From the NCBI RefSeq assembly GCF_036321535.1, contig NC_087437.1:65846001-65910000 (forward strand): DNA of 64,000 bases, written 5' to 3'. The stretch is from Camelus dromedarius (Eukaryota). The notes below the pieces were generated by a model that ran no database searches, had not been told where the DNA came from, and saw nothing but the letters and a program-made list of their open reading frames with translations. Shown in pieces: positions 40,732-52,029 of the stretch. The first letter of the stretch is position 1; each line of letters opens with the position of its first letter. The position numbers and the translations under genes are program-made.

Positions 40732-41309
40732 ACTACTAAATACTTTATTCCCAAACTCCAGCGCTTCCTTAATGAGCTCATTCTAACCCACCTCTTTTAC
40801 ACAAACCTGGACTCTCATCCACTTTGGTTCACTCTATCATCAGCTTGGTGGCAAAGCCTTCCTAGGGCTAAGGAAATATTCTGGGTTTACATCCATTTAG
40901 CATCCAAGTCCATGTACTTTATCTCCCCACTGCTGGCAGCAACTTGCCGGCAGGAGACAATATTTCACCAGGCCAGGCTATTCACGCTAATTAAAAAAAG
41001 ATTTAGTTTCCTTCTGTTGTGCTTCAGATCAGCTAGAAAGATCTGTAACATTTCCTTAATTCCCTATTCCTGAAGATACCCTCCTGTGCCACGCTCCTCA
41101 AGAAATAAACAATCTCTTTTCTTAGAAATAAAAGAAATATTTTTTAAAGGCAACCTGATTAGGTTTCCTCCAATGACAGGAGGGTTTTCTGCCAGATCCC
41201 TTCATCTTTATATAGTTTCACGTTAGAGAGAATGAAATAGAAGCCACTCTTCTCTTTACTTTTTGAGAGACTTCTTTCACAGACGGGGCTACCGGCAATG
41301 GCTCTAGAC

Positions 41310-41515
41310 CAATTGTTTTCAATAGAGGTGATTTTATTCCCTTTGCCCAAGACATCTGACAAAGTCTAGAGGCATTTTTGGTTGTCACAACTAGGGAGGG
41401 TACTACTGGCATCTAGTAGGTAAAGGTTACGGATGCTGGCAAACATTTCTACAAAGCACAGGACAAAGAATTATCCAGAACTGAATGTCAATAGTGCTGA
41501 GGCTGAGAGACCCTG
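41310..41515. mobile_element. MER20 with 8-bp TSD, followed by a MER5-type element (~41525-41710)
   Basis: TSD CTCTAGAC at 41302-41309 and CTCTCGAC at 41516-41523. Confidence 0.85.
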
Positions 41516-43200
41516 CTCTCGACCCAGTGGTTTTCAGCTTCAGCTGTACATTGGATCTCCTGGCACTTTCTAAAACTCCAAGTGCCCAGGGTGCATTTCA
41601 GATCAACTAAATTAGGACTACTGTACATAGAACCCAAATGAGAGGGTTTTTTTTTTTTTTTAACTCTTCAGGTAATTCTAATAATGCACAGGTAAGGCTG
41701 AGGACCACAGTTTTAAAGAAACTACCTAAATCTAAAGATTTAAAGAAAATTAGTATGCAAAACATTCTGTTTCCAACCCCAAATCCTGGTCCAAACTCTG
41801 GGCTTCCTAGGGTCTATAGAAAGGCGGGGGCGGGGGGGGGTGTAGCAGGGATCTCTCAACATGGAAGGATATGGGATGGGGTTGGGGGTGTAGTGAGGGA
41901 TTACCCAGGAGGAAAAGCAGGCTACAAGGCAGTGGTGGGGAGGGCCACTGCCTCCCTCCAAAAAGCACAAGATTTGGTGCTCAGCTGGGGCACAGGGAGA
42001 GTGTGGGGAGGAAAGAGAAGGTATGAAACCTAAGGCCTAGATGTAAATTATTTATAAAAGTTAATATGCATTTTCTGTGTTGTAGTTTTCCAGAGTGATG
42101 AAAGAGTGATCACTCTTGGGTTTGAAGGAAGTTCTGGAAGGTCCTCTGGAAAGATATTTTACTGTTAAAAAGGAAAAAAATAAGAGGCTTGAGAGCTGAC
42201 ATTTAAATTTCTTTGTTATACTTAGTAATCAGCTTTCAATTTGATATAATCAGGTTTATATAATTGCATGACAAATCTGAGGTATGTCCAAAATGTATCC
42301 TTTTTGAGTCAATGTAGTACATAATTAAGAGGACAGACGCTGAAGCCAGATTGCTTGGTTTCAAATCCAGGCTCTATCACTTATTAGCTGTGTGACCCTG
42401 AGCAAGTTACTTAACCTCTCTGAGCCTCTGTTTCCTCAGCTGTAAAATGTGGCTAATAATAGTACCTACTTCATAAGGAACCCAGACTCCAGAATCCAGA
42501 CTGTGCTTTCATAGCTGAATGAGTTTGAACAAGTGACTTAATCTCTCTGAGCTGCATTTTCCTCATTTGAAAGAAGAAAATAAATGATTTATTTCACAAG
42601 GATTTGGTGGGGGGCTAAATGAGACGACACATTGAGAGCACTGCTTTCAGCACATAGTGAGCATAGGCAAATTCAGTTATTATTATTGTTATTGTTTATT
42701 ATTGCTGTTGTGACTCAGTGAATAAGTATTAGTTCCTGCCTCAGAGAGGCTATTGTGTTACCTACCGTAGGATACACTGGAATGAGTAAGCCAAGGTCCT
42801 TGTCCCTAAATAAACTAGGCTTTAGATGGGGAGGAAGGCATGTATCTTTCTAAAGCAATAAATAACAGAAGCCCAAAGTGTGGAAAATTTAGAAGTACAT
42901 ACTGCCTTCTTTTCATCATCTTTTAGCTCTTAAAACAAGAAAACCATACTGAAGTTCAATTTAAGATCTCAACAGTACATATTAATAGCTCAATTAAAGT
43001 GAAAATTAAGACAGAATCTAAAGTGGTTTTGATGTAAGTAGTTCGCATATGACTAACTACAGAGATTTTCCTGGTGGAATCTTGCCTAATCACATGGGCC
43101 TTTGGACTCTAATTAGCCTACTCTAGGTCTTTTAAATCTAAAATTATATCAGAAGTTTGGACACAACTCACTACAGCACTATTAACAGTGATACCTCGTA

Positions 43201-43237
43201 AAAAAACAAACAAACAAACAAACAAACAAAAAAACAA
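43201..43237 (+). repeat. (AAAC)n microsatellite
   Basis: aaaaaacaaacaaacaaacaaacaaacaaaaaaac. Confidence 0.9.
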
Positions 43238-44085
43238 CTAAGTGCATGCAACTCTATACAGTCCCTGGAAAAGAAATTTAACAAATGAGGCAGTTTTGCT
43301 CATTCATGAGCATTTACTGCCCTTATTTTGGATCCTTTAAAAAAATTAAAATCTGAAGGACAGGTATATGTTATGATACCACTTCTCTTAATAAAAGGAT
43401 ATGGTATCAATTGAGAGTGCATTCAATCATAACTGAAAAGCTACTGTTAGCTTAACAACGAGGACTTCAACTCATAAAAGAAGTCTGAGGCTGCAGGTCA
43501 GGATGACGACAATGATAACATGAAGTGATCCTGAAACCAAGTTCTTTCTGGTTTTCTGCTCTGCTATTCTCAGTATATTGTCTTTTCTTTATCTCATTTC
43601 TAGGCCTCACTTCCATGTGCTAGGACAGACACAAAGGGAGGAAAGCAAAAGTGAGGGGACAGAAGGATTCCTCCCTGGGAAATGTCTTATTCAGGCAAGG
43701 AAGTTCTCCCCAATACATTTTCCTTTTGTCTCATACACAGAACTGGGTCACATGTCCACCCTTAGACCAATCTCAGATTCATTCCCTGGGGCTGGGGTCA
43801 TGTCCCTCCTCCCTGAGATAAAGGGAATTCCACCAGCCTCCTGAACAAATCGGGGTTCTATCAGAAGAAAAGAGAGGAGAGTGAGTGCTGGTGGTTCCCG
43901 CTAGTTCCCGCCATGAATACCTTTCTGCGGGAATTCGGCAAGAATAATATGAGAGGTATTGGCTTTGAATCAAGTATCTTCACTCTCACAGCCCCGAGAA
44001 GAGACAAATCTACTAATACTTGCTTTACACAGAAAATGCTCCAAACATCTGCCTGATTTTTCGCCAAATACATCCTTATTAAAAT

Positions 44086-44585
44086 TGTTACCAACCTTCC
44101 CGGGTTGGCCCCAGCAAGCGTCCTTCTGCTCCATGTCCATCTTTTGAGCCAGTAGAACAATACCAAGTCTGCCTCAGAAGCAAAAGAAAGCTTTATTCTT
44201 TGATCAATGACTGGAGAGGTGGGAGCTTAGGCTCTAGAGCACATGGTCTCCCAAGACAGCCAGCCCGCGGGCTGCTTTACAGGGTTCTCTGAGGGGGGCG
44301 GGGCGGAGGGCTTGCGGGTCATGCGCAGCCGCGCTGCTCCCGACGCTTTAGACTGAAGCGCGGCCACAGCGTCTCCTCACGCAGCACGTCACCGCCATCT
44401 TGAACTGAGGTGCCCAGTCGGCGGTTCTGCGCTAGGAGCTCTGATACCACACGTTAGGTGCCAGACCTCTGCACTCGGCTCCATGTGGGCAGGTGAAACT
44501 AGACTGAGCGTGGAAGAGGTTAGACTTTATCACCTAGATTCCGTCTTACTTTTCCCCAGGACCCCAGTGAGCTTTGCCTGTGACA
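44086..44585 (-). mobile_element. CpG-rich solo ERV LTR (4-bp TSD)
   Basis: Termini TGTTA...TGACA; TSD AAAT at 44082-44085 and 44586-44589; minus-strand AATAAA at 44197-44192. Confidence 0.85.
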
Positions 44586-44819
44586 AAATGGCTTTTCAAG
44601 TCTTCTGTTTGTATAAGGTAAGGAGGTGGCTGGCAATTGTCTCAATTGTCCCAGCGGTCTCATTTCTATTCACAAACAGGTTACATGGACAATCTGTTCA
44701 AGCCTTTATCCTCATCTACTTGGACTTCTTGTTTAATTTTTGAGCTCGTGAGTTTAAGTTTTTTTAGTTCTTAATCAAAACCTAGAATCTTGATCTTCAA
44801 ATTAGCAGAGTTGTTATTT

Positions 44820-45378
44820 TTTTTAATAGACTTTATTTTCTTAGAGCAGTTTTAGGTTCGCGGCAAAACTGAGGGGAAGGTACGGAGATTTCCCAAATAC
44901 TCCCTGCCTTCAGTCATGCATCCTTCCCTGTTATCAACATCCCCCCCGGGTGGTAGACTTGTTACAGCTGATGAGACTACGTAGACACACCGTTATCACC
45001 AAAAGCCCATAGTTCACATTCGTGTTTACTCTTGGCACAGTACCTTCTGTGGGCTTGGACAAATGTATAATGACCTGTATCCACCATTGTAGTGTCCCAC
45101 GGGGTAGTTTCACTGCCCTAAAAATCCTTCGTGCTCTGCCTACTCAGCCTTCCTTTGGTTGCTTCCAGGTTCTGGCCATTCTGAATTAAGCTGCTAGAAA
45201 CATCCAAATCCAGGTTTCTGTGTGGACCTAAGTTTTCACCTCCTTTTGGTGACTGCCAAGGAGAATGGATGCTGTGTCATAATATAAAAGTGTGTTCAGT
45301 TTTGTAGGAAGCTGCCAAACTGTCTTCCAGAGTGACTCTACCATTCTGCATTCCCACCAGGGATGAATGAGAGTTCTT
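44820..45378 (-). mobile_element. Old L1M (L1MB-like) 3' region
   Basis: aatagactttattt...agagcagttttaggttc...ctgccaaactgtcttcca...cattcccaccag...atgagagttc. Confidence 0.85.
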
Positions 45379-47498
45379 TAGCAGAGTTTCTTGAAGAATT
45401 GGCCAGGTTTCTCCTATCAACACTTTTCCCATAGAGTTAGGCTGTGAGACTAGAAGATCTTTAAAGATCCGTCCAACTCTAACATTCTATATACTTGTGA
45501 ATGTGCTACAAAACCTAAAAGTGCACATGGGGGTTCCTGTTCTTGAAAGCGCTGTCTTTCAAACAACTCCAGGCCAGATTAGGTGTCCTTTTTCAGTATT
45601 GGGCTCCTCACAGCATCAGTTTTTATCCCTTTCAAACAATAGTTAAAGATATGCCCTCTGGAGTCAGGCTGCCCAAATTTAAGTTCTATCCCAGCCCTAT
45701 TAGCTGGAGGACTCGAGCGAAATGATTTAACCTCTTGAAATCTCATCTGCGTAATGGTGATTTTTAAGGTATGTTGGGAGGTATGGAAAGCATTTATTTT
45801 AGCTTAGTGCCTGGAACAAGCAAAAGCTTAATAAATGTTGGCTGCTGTAATTGTTTTTCTCTCTTGTGAGTTCCTCCAAGAAGAAGCTTTATCTCCATAT
45901 TGGTATCCTCAGTGCTTAGTAAATGACCGGGGCTCAGTAAGCATTTGATCAATGCAGAGAACTGATGGCCAGTGTCCTGTTAGAATTCAACAGGACACAG
46001 GCTCCTCTGTCCCAGTGGCTCTAGGAAACCAACCAACCCCAAACAAACCAACAGTAGCTCATTCTCCTTGTGGTCTGCAGTGATGTCTCTTCCCAAACTC
46101 CCTGATGGGACCAAATTTCTTCTGTGCCACTCCCCCTGCAGAACATGATTTTGGAGGAGAAGCTGCCCATCTAGCTTCTGTTAGATGATGTTGGGGTTAC
46201 TGAAACCCTCCCTCTCCATCTACCTTCACTCATGCTACTCTATATAAAATAATAATAATGCTCTTTGATGCTTTCTCCATCTCATATACAGCAGGGATAA
46301 AACCCTCTTTAGAAAATTTTGTTTTTAATTGATGTGAAATATACAATGTAAGTAGAAAACAAAGTGCTTAACTGTATACGTGTAGTTTGAAGAGAAGTCC
46401 CCTCCCACCTTCTCCTCCTACTTACGACAATTTTATATCAGATTGCAGCCCCCAGGTCCCTCCTATATTGATTTTTGGAGCATCCTCAGCCAGTTGCTGC
46501 TTTCCCCTACTCTCAAGATTTTTCCAGAGCCTAATTATTAAATAAGGGATGAATGATTTAAATGTAACTGGTGTTAAGCAAAGAATTAACTTTAAGCTGA
46601 TAAAGTGATACTCCTTGTGATTATGAGGGAAATGACCTTGAACTCTAGTTCAGGTTTGCTCCAAAAATCTCAGATTTTTTTTTTTTTATTAGCCATCAAT
46701 CTCCAGGGACATTCAGAGGGCAGATGTCAGACTTTCAGTTTGACTTTAATCCTATAAATCCTGAAGCTTGGCTATGAAATCGATGCTCACTGTTCCTTCT
46801 TGGAGTGATGAAGAGTCTCTAGGTAGATGACAGTGATCAGTGTCTCTCCAGGCCACAGTGGGCATCAGCAGAAGGAATCTCTAGCTCAGCTAGAGAAATG
46901 TCAGCAAACAAGGCAGCCAGAGAGGAAACTATTGGAAGTATTACAATCATAGTTATAGGGTCCTATAATAGAAACATGATAAAATTCCATTTGTTCATAG
47001 AAAGGTAGAAAGTGGTAGTAGAAGCTTTGAAAATTTAAAATCTTTGAATGTACTTATATATAGCATTATATATTTTACTAATTTTAAAGTGCTGTTCATA
47101 TTTTAAAATCATACATATTTGATCAAGAAAGTTTCTTGTTTGGGTCTCTAATCTCTTCAAATACCCCATTAATGATCCTGAAGAATGTAGAAATAATCAA
47201 TACTCTGTATCTCCCCCAAAGTTATGAGAAGACTCTGTCAGGTGCCACCAGGAATGAGAAAGAATAAAACAGAAAATAAATCAGGGGCTAAACCCAGTGG
47301 GATTTTTTGATCAGAGCATGAATGTAATTTTTTTCTCCAGGCAGGCTCCATAATAAAGGGTAAAAAGACATAGTACTTAAACAAACCAGCCTGTTAGAGA
47401 AGCAATATTGTTCCAGAGAAGGGAAGGGATGTTGTACAAGGATAAGGAATTATTAAGAAGACTGGCGTCTCATACATGTGCATTAAGGGGAACTAATA

Positions 47499-47543
47499 GA
47501 GATAATACATTTAGACTTTCATAAAGCTTTCCACAAGTTCCCA
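47499..47543 (+). mobile_element. CR1/L3 LINE reverse-transcriptase relic
   Basis: Translates to EIIHLDFHKAFHKFP, resembling the CR1 RT motif DVIYLDFxKAFDxVP. Confidence 0.55.
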
Positions 47544-48265
47544 TCTAAATGAGCCATCCTTGGATTGGCAGGGGCTGCCTTGTTCTGCATCAAGAGCTGG
47601 CTCAAAAATTAAAAATAATTCTGGCCTGAAGTCTTACAACAGCCTGATTACTGGTCATCCTCCAGTCTCTCTTACCTTAAGATCTTCTTCCAGGATCCAG
47701 AATGATCTTCCAGGAATGAAAATTCAATCAGGTTACTCCTGCATAACATCTTCAGTGGCTCCCACTGCTATCAGGTTGCAGTCTAAACTTCTTACTTGTG
47801 ATCAGGGCCTTATGATCTGGTTCCTGGTTACCTTCCTCAGTACACACCTGTCATTTTTGGGGTGCTCACATTTGAACCACTGTCTTATGTTTGGGAATTC
47901 CTTCCCTGCTTTAGAGCTGAATGTGCCACATGCTTGCTTTTGCAGTCTCCCTTGCAGCTAGAATTTAGGCACATAACCGGGACTCAGCTAATCATATGCT
48001 CTGGACTTGGGATCAAGTGACTGGAAGACACAGGGGCCTTAAGGAACTCTTTCCAGTGGCTGTAGTTGTAACAGACTTGAGTTCTTGGGTCAACAGAGGC
48101 AGCATACCAATGTGGGCATCTGTACTCTGTGCCCAGGGCTAGCAGCATCAGTCAGACACATGGCAGCACAGAGTGCTCAGATGAGATGACAGTTTGTGTT
48201 CTCATCAGACCACTCCTGAGTGTGATTTGGGGCACTGTTCCTGATTATTAAAAAAAAAAAATCTT

Positions 48266-48392
48266 AAAGAAAATTATTTCTTATATTTCAAGTTTCTCCC
48301 CCCTCCCCTTAACGAAAGTACTGGGGATTAAACACAGGACCTTGTGCGAGCTGAGAGTGTGCTCCACCACTGGGCTATACTCCTACCCCCTC
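48266..48392 (-). mobile_element. Camelid-type tRNA-derived SINE (diverged)
   Basis: Reverse of ggggtaggagtatagcccagtggtggagcac...aggtcctgtgtttaatccccagtact; possible TSD AAAAAATCTT at 48256-48265 and 48393-48402. Confidence 0.75.
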
Positions 48393-48994
48393 AAAAAATC
48401 TTTTGAAATTGATTAAACTCTCAAGAACACATTATTCAATAATTGTCAATGTTAAAAAAGTGTTTAAAAAATTCTGCCTATGCCTCTCTGGGTACTGCCT
48501 TCTTTCAAAGTTTAGGCACAAAAGGTATACTGTAAAAGTCTTTCCTGTTACAGAGGTATATTAGAATAACTCTTCAGGAAAGAAAATTGGTAAAGTCAAG
48601 GATTAATATGTTTAATTTATCTTGTATAAGCCTTAAAATCATTAAGAAAAAAGACACTTTACATCATAAAAATTGGGCAGTGGATTTGAGCAAGCAAATA
48701 ACAAAATAAATTTAAATTGACAAAAATAGATGAAAATTACACCTCAATAATAAATGAAATGCAAATTAAAACGTTTTCATTAATTAGGTATAAGGATAGT
48801 AATAGTAAACACTCACTGAAACCTTAATGTGTGCCACTGTTCTAAATATGTTATAGGTGATAACTCATTAAACAATGAGCTTAATAACAGTGTATTCTAG
48901 CTTATCCATTTTAAAGATAAAGAAACACAGAATTTAAAAATATTCCAGGTCATTTCATCAGTAAGTGGCAGAGTAGGGATACAAAGGTAAGGTG

Positions 48995-49191
48995 AGGGGG
49001 GTGGGACTGAAAGTTCCAACCCTCTAATCACATGGTTGGTTCTCTAGGCAGCCAGCCCCCACCCTAAGGTGTGGTCCTAAAGTCATCTCGTTAACATAAC
49101 AAAGACACCCTTATCCATTTATCACCTAGGAAATATGGAGGGTTTTAGCTCTGTCCCAGAAACAAAGACCAAATATCTATTATAAATCACA
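48995..49191 (-). mobile_element. MER21-like LTR fragment
   Basis: gggtgggactgaaagttccaaccctctaatcacatggttggtt...aaagaccaaatat...aatcaca. Confidence 0.7.
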
Positions 49192-49204
49192 GTAGCTCAG
49201 GATT

Positions 49205-50880
49205 TCACTTTAATCTGAAGCTATAACTATCTCCTGGCCATTTGGGGCTTCTTGTACCTGGGAAACAGGAGACAAAAAGAAAAAAAAAATTCCATACTGG
49301 CAACACTAAGTGACCTTGATTACAGGGAGCCAGGGTTGCTGCTACAAAATGGGGGCAGAGATATGCCTGGCACCCAGGGGATTCACTGTTGCATCTCGGT
49401 CCTTCCATGTCCGGTGATAACTGTAAACAAGCAGTTGTTGAGACAAAAGCCTGTTGATGCTGTTGCCCATAGATGAAACCGGTGTTCCAGGTTCTTGTCC
49501 CGTCCCAGAAAGAATTCAGAGACAAGATGTAGTGGTTAAAAAGGTAAAGTGAGGATTTATTAAAGAATGGATAGCACACTCTTAGGGGAGAGCGGGCAGG
49601 CTCAGGTGAGCGGCTGCCCTGAGTTTCTTTGGCAAGTTAGCTACATAGGGTGTAAAAATGAATGGGCGGAATATTCATTGGGAGGGAAGGATTTGGGGTG
49701 TCATATTCCCTGATTATCATCCCAACTCCATGTTCCCAAAGGGAGGAGGGATTTTTGTCTTTATTTAGTCTGGATTGGAAGTGTCATGGCGTCGGTGCAA
49801 GATGGGTACTTCTGATCTGCAAGGCAAATTTTATTGAAATGAGGGCATAATGAGCAAATGGTTACATTCGGACACTAGAAATTCCTGCCTTTTCTCACCT
49901 TTCTTTGTTCTTCTCCAGGCCACTTGTCATCCCAAAAAGCATGATCCCTTATCAGCCCCAAGGTTCCTGGTTTTCTTTCTCTGCCCAAGGATCCGTGCTG
50001 CTTACATGTGTGGTTTCCTGCATTTGGCCTGTGCCCCTCCTTTCTGCCCAATTCCTGCCATTTGGTCTGTGTCCCACTTTCTCTGCTCATATCTAGCTAT
50101 CTGCCTGCTCTAACAATGCTAGAATAACGGAGGTTCTAGCCTTGGAAATTAAAGTCCTGGTGACTCAGGCAAGAAACGTATATCTGCTAAAGTGATGGCC
50201 AAGGGAAGGGAAATCTAGAGAGCATGATGGGGGGAAATGATTATCAGTTAGGGCCTTGGACCAGCCACAACTGTGTGGCCTGTAGCTTGTTCCACTAGCC
50301 CTCCTACCGTGAGACTGTACACAACCACCACCCTGAATGACACATTACAGATTAGATTCAGTATGTGCTCAACAGTACAGGGAGTGGTTGAGGAAATCAT
50401 ACACCTCTTCTGCCTCACTTTCTCTTGGCCCATCTTTTTACTCCAGTTGCTGCTGCAGCTCAGTGGCCTGCAGATGTGACCAGACAATACTTCACCTCAG
50501 CACCCGCTTTCTACCCTAAGCTTCCTTCCTCCTCCATAAGATGCCTGTAAGAACCCAGTCAGCATGTATGAGGCATGTCCACTCCTGGGAGAGCGAGGGA
50601 ATTAACTGCATGAGACAACGCTTAACCAGCAGGGAGAGGGCTAGTAGGTATTTGTTTTTTCCATGTCTGGAGGGAAAACTGTCCATCCCACAGAGCTCCC
50701 CAGAAGGCTCCTATAGGAATTAAGCCCATTACCCTCAGTGGCAAAAGGCCAAGAGCACAGTTGATAGGCTTTCCCTTCATCCCTGTTTCACTCTTACCAG
50801 TCTCCCACTCCTTCTTAAACTACCTACATACAAGCTTTTCTCTCAGGCTCTGCATTTTGGGGGTACTCTAGGCTCATACA
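49205..50880 (+). mobile_element. Ancient ERVL-class provirus remnant (dUTPase/pol 3' region, then LTR16-type LTR at ~50389-50880), interrupted by a younger LTR
   Basis: Degenerate peptides SPGHLGLLVP and DLDYREPGLLLQNGGRD...VLPCPVITVNKQL; homology resumes after 50119; purine tract before the LTR; LTR ends in ...ctaggctcataca. Confidence 0.7.
49461..50115 (-). mobile_element. Solo ERV LTR (ERV1-like, 4-bp TSD) nested in the ERVL remnant
   Basis: Termini TGTT...AACA; TSD ATGC at 49457-49460 and 50116-50119; minus-strand AATAAA at 49561-49556; CCAAT and GC box near 49663-49681. Confidence 0.88.
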
Positions 50881-51424
50881 AGGATCAAATGAGAGAATAG
50901 TTGGGATATACTTTGAAAGTTAAAACCAATGTACTCATGTAAGCCAGCCCTACAGAGCGTGCTGTTCCCCCTACAGCACTTGTTTTTACTGTCTTTATCT
51001 ATATAAAATTGCCGCCGTGGCAAAACTGAACTATAAAGCATGGGGTAGCTTTTACTGAGCAATACTCTGTTACTTCATTTTCATCTTTATGACCTTAATG
51101 AGGTAGCAGGCATTACTATCTCCATGCCGTAGATGAGGAAAGAGGCCTGGTATTCCAACTGCTAAGCTCAAGCTAGGATTCCAGCCCGTATCTGACCTCC
51201 AAAGTCCATGCTCTATACCATTTTACTTCTGTTCCTCAGCATGGCTTCCACTCTCCCTGTCTTCTCGCCACACAGTGGCCCCCATACTAGCCATACCCAA
51301 CACTCTGCTCTTTTATGCTCCTGTTTTGCTGTCAGCCCCTGTGATCTTCAGAGCCTAGATCAAGTGTCATCTCCCTACACAGAACTGCTTCATCAGCTTG
51401 CCCGCATCACTCTCCTGAATCTCT

Positions 51425-51564
51425 TTATTTTTTTTTTATTTGGGGGAGGGGAGGTAATTTCATTTGTTTATTTACTTACTCATTTATTTAATGGAGGTAC
51501 TGGGGACTGTACCCAGAACTGATGCATGTCAAGCATTCACTCCACCGCTGAGCTACACCCTCCC
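51425..51564 (-). mobile_element. Camelid-type tRNA-derived SINE
   Basis: Reverse of gggagggtgtagctcagcggtggagtg...ccccagtacctccattaaataaa...aattacctcccctccccc(A)n. Confidence 0.85.
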
Positions 51565-51910
51565 TCGCTCTTTTTTCTTTAACCACATGGTTGTAACTGT
51601 TCGGCTGCATTTACCACTGGGACTGGAGTCAAACAACAGCTTAGGTCTTAAGGGGTACCAGTAATAAGCACTCAAATCATTCAAATAATAACTGTTGAGT
51701 AAACAGTTGTCAGAGTGTGTCTTACTGACTGCTGTATTCTCACTATATAGCAAAATACCTGGCTCACAGCAGACATATTCATTGAATGATTGACTGAATG
51801 ATGAACATGAATCTGTTTCTTCATTAAACTGTGAACTCTTACAAAGCAAGGATTATGCAATGTTCAGCAAGTGTTTGTTGAATCAAAGTAATATTAAGAA
51901 AGATAAACTA

Positions 51911-51932
51911 TTTAATGATTAACAGATTTATT
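51911..51932 (-). terminator. NDUFB4: NDUFB4 polyadenylation signals (AATAAA 51932-51927; ATTAAA 51916-51911)
   Basis: Two hexamers 35-55 nt after the stop codon on the minus strand. Confidence 0.75.
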
Positions 51933-51966
51933 TAAACAACAGTATATATAATCATCATTGCCAGAC

Positions 51967-52029
51967 TTAATATGAGATGTTAAATGTTCGATCCAATTTT
52001 CCTTCCTGGATAAGCTTCTTTTTCTTATC
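51967..52029 (-). CDS. NDUFB4: NDUFB4 exon 3 coding part ([20 protein letters not shown])
   Basis: ctacAG acceptor; 63 nt ending in TAA; total CDS 390 nt = 129 aa + stop. Confidence 0.96.
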   Translation of the reverse strand, partial: DKKKKLIQEGKLDRTFNISY

